Source: an archaeon (lineage in GTDB: Archaea > Iainarchaeota > Iainarchaeia > Iainarchaeales > CSSED10-239). From it: 6,519 nucleotides of DNA. Positions 1 to 5,105 of the stretch are shown here, piece by piece. Each line of letters begins with the position of its first letter. Position 1 is the stretch's first letter. The stretch covers positions 1 to 6,519 of the forward strand of contig JBAWVI010000053.1 in assembly GCA_037147375.1 (NCBI GenBank), in the 5' to 3' direction. A model generated the notes under the pieces. It ran no database searches. It was not told the DNA's origin and was given only the letters and a program-made list of their open reading frames with translations. The translations under genes were made by a program, and so were the position numbers.

Positions 1-5
1 ATAAG

Positions 6-3000
6 GTGATGCCTTCTTTCTTATTATTTATATTACTTATATTGATAATAATAGCTGCTATTGTATTGCTATTAATTCCAGCAATCTTTGTATCAGGAGC
101 AGGATATTATCAAGTTCAGTTTAAGGTTACTGATGCGATAACAGGAGCTGTGCTATCTGATGTTCCTTTAATGGTAACTAGCGATAAGGTTTACCAAGTT
201 TCTACAGATATTGAAGGATTAACTAATAGCGTGAATGTTAAGAAAGATCAGACCTTTTATGTGGATATAGACTTTGTAGATGAAGGATACACAAAGTATA
301 GTGGAGACTTCCAAGCAAATCAAAATAATAAGACCTTTGTAATACCTCTTGAATTATTGCAAGCATCTCTTGCAGATAAAGATTATGAATTTTCTATTGT
401 TAATAGAACAACAGGGCAATCAGTTACAGCTAATGGAAAAGCTACATTTAGATGTATGAACGGAGTTGGACTTCCTCCAAGTCCAGTAGACATCTTAAAT
501 GGTAAGATTAAAGTTTCAGCTGATCCTAATTGTTCACTTCTTGCAACAATCATTGCTGATGGATACAATCCAAAGTATGATACACCAGTTACAAATGGAA
601 CAATAAGCGTTTATTTAGATCCAACAACAGGAAGCTTTGAAGGTGGAACATACACAGTTACAGTTTACACAAAAGGAACAACTGGTGAAGCATTATCAAA
701 CATTAAAGTTGTTGCATACAATGATATTGGTGTTGAAGTTGCAAGTTGTATAACAAACACAGGTGGGAATTGTATACTTGAAAACGTAGCAACTGGAGAT
801 TACACTTTAAGATTAACAGATAATAGAAGTGTACCATTATATAGTAATTATACAGAAGCTCTTTATGTTGAATCAAATACTACAAAGTATATTGATATGA
901 CAACACAAGTTTCAGGTTATATTAAGATATTAGTTGTTGATAAAACAACAAATAATCCAATCAAGGATGCATATGTTGCATTAAAGGTTGCAGATAAAAT
1001 AATATCTGATAGTTATACAGATGTTGCTGGTGAAAAATTATTCACAGTTGCAGATAAAACATTAAATTATAGAGTTGTTGTTGATGCAAATGGATATATG
1101 ATAAAATCAACTGCAGTTACTGTATCAGACACAGTTCCAAGCACTCCAACAAAAATTAAATTAGAGCTTGTAACTCCTCAAACAATTGCAAAACTTAATA
1201 TTAGAGTTCTTGATGAACTTGGAAGAGGATATAGGTTTGCTAAGGTTGCACTTTATGATGCAGATACAGGATTCTTAACTGATTATAGACCTTTATTAAC
1301 AGACTATGATGGTAACGTAACCTTCCACATCACAAGTGGTAAGTATTATGCAGTTGCTATTAAAGGTGCATCAAGAGGAGATTCAGCAGTATTTGAATTT
1401 GATGTACGTCAAGCAGATACATATGATACAATTATAATTCCAATGAACATAACTAAAGGAACTTTAGTTATTAAAGTTGTAGATAAAGAAGGAGTAATAG
1501 TACCAAACGCAAGAGTTACTATTTATGATAGATATAGTTATTTTGGATTTAATCCACCAATTGCAATTAAATCAGATTTAACAAGCGCACTTGGAGAAAT
1601 TTCATTTGAGCTTGATGCAGAAAATGATTACTTTGCAGTTGTAACAGATTTAATTAATGAAAACCTTGGTACAGCACAATCAAAATTTATAAGAGTTGCA
1701 CCAAATGGAACTAAAGAATTAAAAGTTGTATTATATGATAAGGTATCATCTTTATCAAAACCAGAATTAAAATTATCTGGATTATACAAGGATGATTTAC
1801 TTGTTTCTGGAAACTTAAAACCAGGAAGCGAGTATGAAGCAAGATTTACTTTATTTGTTCCACAAGATAGATCAGGTAATGATAGATTCCAAGAAGTTGG
1901 AACAATTATAAGAACAGGTAATACAGTATATTTAGAAAACGATAATCTATATATTAAATCAATAGATGTTCCAAATGCAGTATCAATACAAAAGTTCACT
2001 CAATTTGATATGGTTAACCATAAGGTTGATGGAATATATGATTCAGATACCTTAACAGATGGAGATAGCAAATGGGCTAAAGTTGTTTTCGAAAAACCAA
2101 ACTATGTACTTGGAGAAGAATATCCAAACACATATGAAATTGTTGCAACTATAAAGGTTAGAGATAGTGCAGCTTTCGGAGAAGAATTAAAATTATTCTA
2201 CTTAGGTTATGGACTTAATAGAGATGATGATTATGAAACATATAATCCATATACAGGAAGTCAATCAGACATAGAATACTTTGATGTATATAGTCTTCAA
2301 ACATATGGAATTGGAGATGAAGTATTATGTTCAGATGATTTCTGTTATAGTGCAAATATGGTTGATGTTTCAGCTAACTTAAGATATGATGTTAGTACAA
2401 ACTTTTCAGCAGATCCTAATAAAAATTATAAATTACATTTCACATTAATTAATAATCAACAAGATAAGAGATACATTAATTCAAGATTGTTAATAGAGAA
2501 TGAAGATGAAGGAATAAATTTTAAGAATATTAAGATTGATTCTCCAAACGGTTCTCAAATAACAAGTAATATTCCATCAAATGAATATTCATTTGATTAT
2601 GCAATTTCAAGTCTTGATGCTAAACAAAAAGTTGAAGGAGATATTAATTTCACAACTGAATTAATTGGAGACAGACATATTGTTATTAAGTTTATTTCTG
2701 ATCAAAAAATATTATTTGTTCAGGACTTAGTAGTAACAGTAACTTCAAATAAGGAATTTATAACAGATATTACTCCTGAAGTAATACCTTCAAATAAATC
2801 ATTCTCTCTTCAAGTTGAAGCTAGAGATTCTTTAACAAATGTTGAAGTTAAAGATTCATACGTTGTTGTTAAAGATAGATTCTTTGATGTTTTAAGAACA
2901 GAGCCTATGGGTGTTCTTGGTGAAGTTTCAATTAATAATTTACCAGGACAGAATGCAGGAGATTCAATATATGTTTATGTTTCTGCACCAGAATACAAGA

Positions 3001-4985
3001 CATATGTTAAAGAAATTAAAATATCAGATACTTTATTTTCAATAACTCCTAAAAGATTAGGTTTCTCACTTAACATTAATAATGAAAGAACAAAAACAGA
3101 GAGCTTTACAATTACAAATTCATCTGAGCTTGATTTAGAGGTTGCAGATCTTGTAATTAAGGGAGAAAATCTAAACATAATAGATATTGATAGATTAAAT
3201 AATGAGCTTGCTGGTTACATAGGTTTAGTAATCAAAGGAATAGACACAAGTTCAAATACACCTGACAACAGTGACGCAACTAAAGTAATTGAAATGAGAC
3301 TTTCAGTTAACCCTAGAGCAGAAGGAATTACTGAAGTTCAAAACATGAAAGCTAAGCTTAAGGTTTCACTTCAAGCTAAAGGTGGAGCATCACCAACATG
3401 GGTTGTTGAGATACCAGTTGCAATAACAGTTGGATTTGATGGTGTAATGGATAATGCAGCTTGTCTTACATTAACAGAAACTGCTTGGAAAGATGTTTCA
3501 TTAGGTAAGCCTGTTGAAAAACAATTTATAGTTAATAATAGATGTACTATGAATGGAAAAACAGTTCCATTAACAGGTGGTCTTGAAGTTAAAATACAAT
3601 ATGATTCAAGTCCTCTTGGAAAATTTAGTGCAAACGTAAATAATAGATTACTTGAATTATCAAGTGGATATTATAAGACTGTTGTTGATTCAATGGACAG
3701 AGATGCAGGTTATCCTGTTGTTTTAAGATATGAGCCAACTGGAAGAATGCAAGGAAATATTAAAGGTAAGATTATCTTTAGATCAATGAATCCTACAACT
3801 GAAGGAAATCAAGAATTAATTGCAGAATATGCATTTGATATAAGTGTATTATCTCTTGAAGATTGTTATGTTGTTTCAAAGAAGGTATTAAACTTATATA
3901 AAGAACCAGACACATTTACAATTGATAATAAGGGTTGTGGAAAAGATACAACTTATAGATTATCATGTGATGATTGTAGAGGAATTGTAATTGAACCAAG
4001 AACAGAAATTGATGTTCCTGAAACTGGATCAAGTGGAACAATAACAGTTACTTCAAAGGATGCAATCCCTGGACAATATTTAATTAATATCTATTCAAAG
4101 ATTAAAGATGCAAGAGGATCTGAAATAAATGTTGGACAAGTTAAGGTTCAAGTAAGACCACTTGATAGTTGTCTTGATCTTGATAGATATGAGTTTGATT
4201 TATATAGAAGAAATGTTTCTGAGAACACTGGTGATGCAGTAAATGCTAAGTCATACGATACAGCAAACATAATCAACACATGTTATCAGCAAGAAATTAC
4301 TGGAAGCGGAAAGATTAAGGATAGTTCAAGGCTTGGAATGGCACTAATCGCTGCATTAAGAGATGGAGTGTACACATGGGCAGGATCAAGTCTTGTACAA
4401 TGGTTAGGAAAGAAAGAAGCAGATTCAAACTGTTCATTATGGGAAATAGCAATTGGAAAGAAGGGTGCTAAATGTTCAGCTCCAGCAGATAAAAGTATAT
4501 CTTCTGAGGATTCATCATTACTTACTGCTCAAGAAGAATTTAATCAAGCAAGTTCAGATTTAGCTTCATTGGATTGTACAAATATAGCAAATAAAGCAAA
4601 ATGTGATGAATTAAATGCAAAGAAAGTAGCTGCTCAAGAAAAAATTAATCAAGAAAATGCAAACTTAACTGAATATCAAAGATTAAATAAACAATATAAT
4701 GCACAATGTTATGATTCTAAAACAAACACAATAAGAAATACAAAAGAATGTAAAGATTTAGTTACACAAATTCAAACATTAGGTCCTGATCCAGAAGGTC
4801 CAGGTGTAAAATTTACTTGTGAAGGAGTAACTTGTATTGATGGACAAACTTGTAATCCAGAAAATGGAAATTGTGAAGATAATGCCATAAGTTCTCAAGC
4901 AAACAATACAACTACTGATCTTTGTGCAAATGTAACTTGTGCAGAAGGAGAATCATGTGATGCTTCAACAGGAGAATGTTCATAA
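6..4985 (+). CDS. Giant (1659 aa) N-terminally anchored or secreted cell-surface protein with tandem beta-sandwich and Ig-like domains, a C-terminal coiled coil and a Cys-rich tip; no catalytic motif recognised
   Basis: Uninterrupted 4980-nt ORF on the supplied track, ending at TAA 4983..4985. Codon bias is consistent along the whole length (AGA Arg, GGA Gly, GCA Ala, ACA Thr, CCA Pro). The protein shows clear periodic domain signatures. Candidate starts are GTG at 6 or ATG at 9. The frame is also open to the window edge (codon 3..5 is AAG), so the true start could lie upstream. Confidence 0.9.
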   Translation: MMPSFLLFILLILIIIAAIVLLLIPAIFVSGAGYYQVQFKVTDAITGAVLSDVPLMVTSDKVYQVSTDIEGLTNSVNVKKDQTFYVDIDFVDEGYTKYSGDFQANQNNKTFVIPLELLQASLADKDYEFSIVNRTTGQSVTANGKATFRCMNGVGLPPSPVDILNGKIKVSADPNCSLLATIIADGYNPKYDTPVTNGTISVYLDPTTGSFEGGTYTVTVYTKGTTGEALSNIKVVAYNDIGVEVASCITNTGGNCILENVATGDYTLRLTDNRSVPLYSNYTEALYVESNTTKYIDMTTQVSGYIKILVVDKTTNNPIKDAYVALKVADKIISDSYTDVAGEKLFTVADKTLNYRVVVDANGYMIKSTAVTVSDTVPSTPTKIKLELVTPQTIAKLNIRVLDELGRGYRFAKVALYDADTGFLTDYRPLLTDYDGNVTFHITSGKYYAVAIKGASRGDSAVFEFDVRQADTYDTIIIPMNITKGTLVIKVVDKEGVIVPNARVTIYDRYSYFGFNPPIAIKSDLTSALGEISFELDAENDYFAVVTDLINENLGTAQSKFIRVAPNGTKELKVVLYDKVSSLSKPELKLSGLYKDDLLVSGNLKPGSEYEARFTLFVPQDRSGNDRFQEVGTIIRTGNTVYLENDNLYIKSIDVPNAVSIQKFTQFDMVNHKVDGIYDSDTLTDGDSKWAKVVFEKPNYVLGEEYPNTYEIVATIKVRDSAAFGEELKLFYLGYGLNRDDDYETYNPYTGSQSDIEYFDVYSLQTYGIGDEVLCSDDFCYSANMVDVSANLRYDVSTNFSADPNKNYKLHFTLINNQQDKRYINSRLLIENEDEGINFKNIKIDSPNGSQITSNIPSNEYSFDYAISSLDAKQKVEGDINFTTELIGDRHIVIKFISDQKILFVQDLVVTVTSNKEFITDITPEVIPSNKSFSLQVEARDSLTNVEVKDSYVVVKDRFFDVLRTEPMGVLGEVSINNLPGQNAGDSIYVYVSAPEYKTYVKEIKISDTLFSITPKRLGFSLNINNERTKTESFTITNSSELDLEVADLVIKGENLNIIDIDRLNNELAGYIGLVIKGIDTSSNTPDNSDATKVIEMRLSVNPRAEGITEVQNMKAKLKVSLQAKGGASPTWVVEIPVAITVGFDGVMDNAACLTLTETAWKDVSLGKPVEKQFIVNNRCTMNGKTVPLTGGLEVKIQYDSSPLGKFSANVNNRLLELSSGYYKTVVDSMDRDAGYPVVLRYEPTGRMQGNIKGKIIFRSMNPTTEGNQELIAEYAFDISVLSLEDCYVVSKKVLNLYKEPDTFTIDNKGCGKDTTYRLSCDDCRGIVIEPRTEIDVPETGSSGTITVTSKDAIPGQYLINIYSKIKDARGSEINVGQVKVQVRPLDSCLDLDRYEFDLYRRNVSENTGDAVNAKSYDTANIINTCYQQEITGSGKIKDSSRLGMALIAALRDGVYTWAGSSLVQWLGKKEADSNCSLWEIAIGKKGAKCSAPADKSISSEDSSLLTAQEEFNQASSDLASLDCTNIANKAKCDELNAKKVAAQEKINQENANLTEYQRLNKQYNAQCYDSKTNTIRNTKECKDLVTQIQTLGPDPEGPGVKFTCEGVTCIDGQTCNPENGNCEDNAISSQANNTTTDLCANVTCAEGESCDASTGECS
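18..92 (+). other. N-terminal hydrophobic segment (aa 5-29, FLLFILLILIIIAAIVLLLIPAIFV): probable uncleaved signal anchor or very long signal-peptide h-region
   Basis: There are 25 consecutive apolar residues with no charge, followed by VSG/AG. At this length it looks more like a TM anchor than a cleaved signal peptide. No basic n-region is visible, which adds to doubt about the start position. Confidence 0.7.
105..1739 (+). repeat. Six tandem, diverged CarboxypepD_reg-like / prealbumin-fold beta-sandwich domains (protein-level repeat, period about 85-93 aa)
   Basis: Three motifs recur in register. First: h-x-V-x-V-x-D-(x)n-G-x-P-h-x-x-A-x-V-x-h, as in IKILVVDKTTNNPIKDAYVAL, LNIRVLDELGRGYRFAKVALY, LVIKVVDKEGVIVPNARVTIY and QVQFKVTDAITGAVLSDVPLMV. 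Second: TD-x-x-G-x-h-x-F, as in YTDVAGEKLFTV, LTDYDGNVTFHI and STDIEGLTNSV. Third: G/N-x-Y-x-h-x-h-x-x-x-GY, as in LNYRVVVDANGYM, SGKYYAVAIKGAS and GDYTLRLTDNRS. Approximate domain limits in aa are 34-117, 126-205, 214-298, 304-389, 395-480 and 485-578. The family assignment rests on motif recognition only. Confidence 0.7.
2802..3023 (+). repeat. Seventh, isolated CarboxypepD_reg-like beta-sandwich domain (aa 933-1006)
   Basis: FSLQVEARDSLTNVEVKDSYVVVKD ... MGVLGEVSINNLPGQNAGDSIYVYVSAPEYKTYVKEIKI reproduces the three motif blocks of the N-terminal array. Confidence 0.55.
3036..4163 (+). other. Three consecutive PapD/ASH-like Ig-fold modules (aa about 1011-1145, 1155-1283, 1287-1386)
   Basis: Each module opens with the signature h-x-F-x-h-x-N-x-(G/S)-x-x-x-h-x-h. 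The three instances are ESFTITNSSELDLEV, KQFIVNNRCTMNGKTVPL and DTFTIDNKGCGKDTTYRL. Alternating beta-strand patterns follow in each. The boundaries are approximate. Confidence 0.5.
4506..4781 (+). other. Predicted alpha-helical / coiled-coil stalk (aa about 1501-1592), Q/N/K/A/E-rich, with two embedded Cys pairs
   Basis: Apolar residues are spaced roughly as heptads (L1505, F1512, L1519, L1522, L1536, I1547, L1554, L1560) in a Pro/Gly-free stretch. Cys pairs are C1524/C1533 and C1568/C1582. The stretch ends at the GPDPEGPG linker. Confidence 0.5.
4818..4979 (+). repeat. Two C-terminal Cys-rich mini-modules with identical spacing C-x4-C-x5-C-x6-C
   Basis: Module A is CEGVTCIDGQTCNPENGNC (4818..4874). 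Module B is CANVTCAEGESCDASTGEC (4923..4979). They share V-T-C-x-[DE]-G-[QE]-[ST]-C and are separated by a 16-aa N/T/S-rich linker. The protein ends one residue after the last Cys. Confidence 0.8.
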
Positions 4986-4991
4986 ATAATA

Positions 4992-5000
4992 TTTATTATA
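4992..5000 (+). promoter_or_regulatory. TATA-box-like element (TTTATTATA) in the 42-nt spacer; possible archaeal-type internal promoter
   Basis: It resembles the archaeal TTTAWATA consensus and ends 27 nt upstream of the gene 2 ATG. The whole spacer is AT-rich, so a chance match is likely. If it is used, the Shine-Dalgarno at 5014..5018 would lie at or before the transcription start site, so the two calls partly exclude each other. Confidence 0.25.
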
Positions 5001-5013
5001 TTTGAAATAAAAT

Positions 5014-5018
5014 AGGTG
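5014..5018 (+). promoter_or_regulatory. Shine-Dalgarno-like AGGTG for gene 2
   Basis: AGGTG is complementary to the conserved 16S 3' tail (..CACCU..). Nine nt separate it from ATG 5028, which is within the usual spacing range. Confidence 0.55.
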
Positions 5019-5027
5019 TATGAAAAT

Positions 5028-5105
5028 ATGAGAGGAAAAAATTTAATTTGGACAATTGCGATAGCAATTATAACTTTAATGATCTTTGCAGGAACTGTTC
5101 ATGCT
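5028..5105 (+). other. Sec-type signal peptide of gene 2 (aa 1-26, MRGKNLIWTIAIAIITLMIFAGTVHA | AC...)
   Basis: It has a basic n-region (R2, K4), a 16-residue h-region and a V-H-A motif at -3/-1. Alternative reading: cleavage directly before C28 (lipoprotein-like), but H at -3 does not fit a canonical lipobox. Confidence 0.75.

Noticed and set aside
3-10. AAGGTGAT as the ribosome-binding site of gene 1
   Set aside because: It abuts or overlaps GTG 6 and ATG 9 with no spacer, and there is no in-frame start 5-10 nt downstream. It is more likely coding sequence or a coincidence, so I did not call it as a feature.
383-568. 61-aa minus-strand ORF
   Set aside because: It lies entirely antisense to the well-supported giant CDS. 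Its product is low-complexity with no start context, so it is an antisense artefact.
987-1059. 13-nt direct repeat GTTGCAGATAAAA at 987..999 and 1047..1059
   Set aside because: Both copies encode in-frame V-A-D-K within one beta-sandwich domain. The identity is explained by strong codon bias and is too short to indicate recombination, a DGR template/target pair or a mobile element.
1628-1999. 123-aa minus-strand ORF
   Set aside because: It is antisense within gene 1. Its composition (Ser/Leu/Phe/Thr-rich) mirrors the sense codons, and I saw no Shine-Dalgarno or independent signal.
2975-3178. 67-aa minus-strand ORF
   Set aside because: It is antisense within gene 1, with the same reasoning as the other antisense ORFs.
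4329-4409. C-terminal transmembrane anchor in gene 1
   Set aside because: The apolar run GMALIAAL is only 8 residues and is interrupted by R and D. The segment is amphipathic rather than a 20-residue TM helix, and about 190 hydrophilic residues follow it.
6-4985. Apparent richness in N-glycosylation sequons (N-x-S/T)
   Set aside because: My hand count gives about 21 sequons in 1659 aa. That is roughly what the high Asn and Ser/Thr content predicts by chance, so I make no claim of enrichment.
5002-5030. Bacterial sigma70-like -35 TTGAAA (5002..5007)
   Set aside because: The best -10 candidates at 16-17 bp spacing (AAATAT or AATATG) match the consensus poorly and overlap the start codon. Transcription would then begin inside the CDS.
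5020-5031. Three-codon mini-ORF ATG AAA ATA TGA whose stop overlaps the gene 2 ATG (ATGA)
   Set aside because: It could be read as a coupling uORF. But it is only 3 codons in an AT-rich spacer, AGGTG sits just 1 nt before it, and nothing else supports it. Chance occurrence is most likely.
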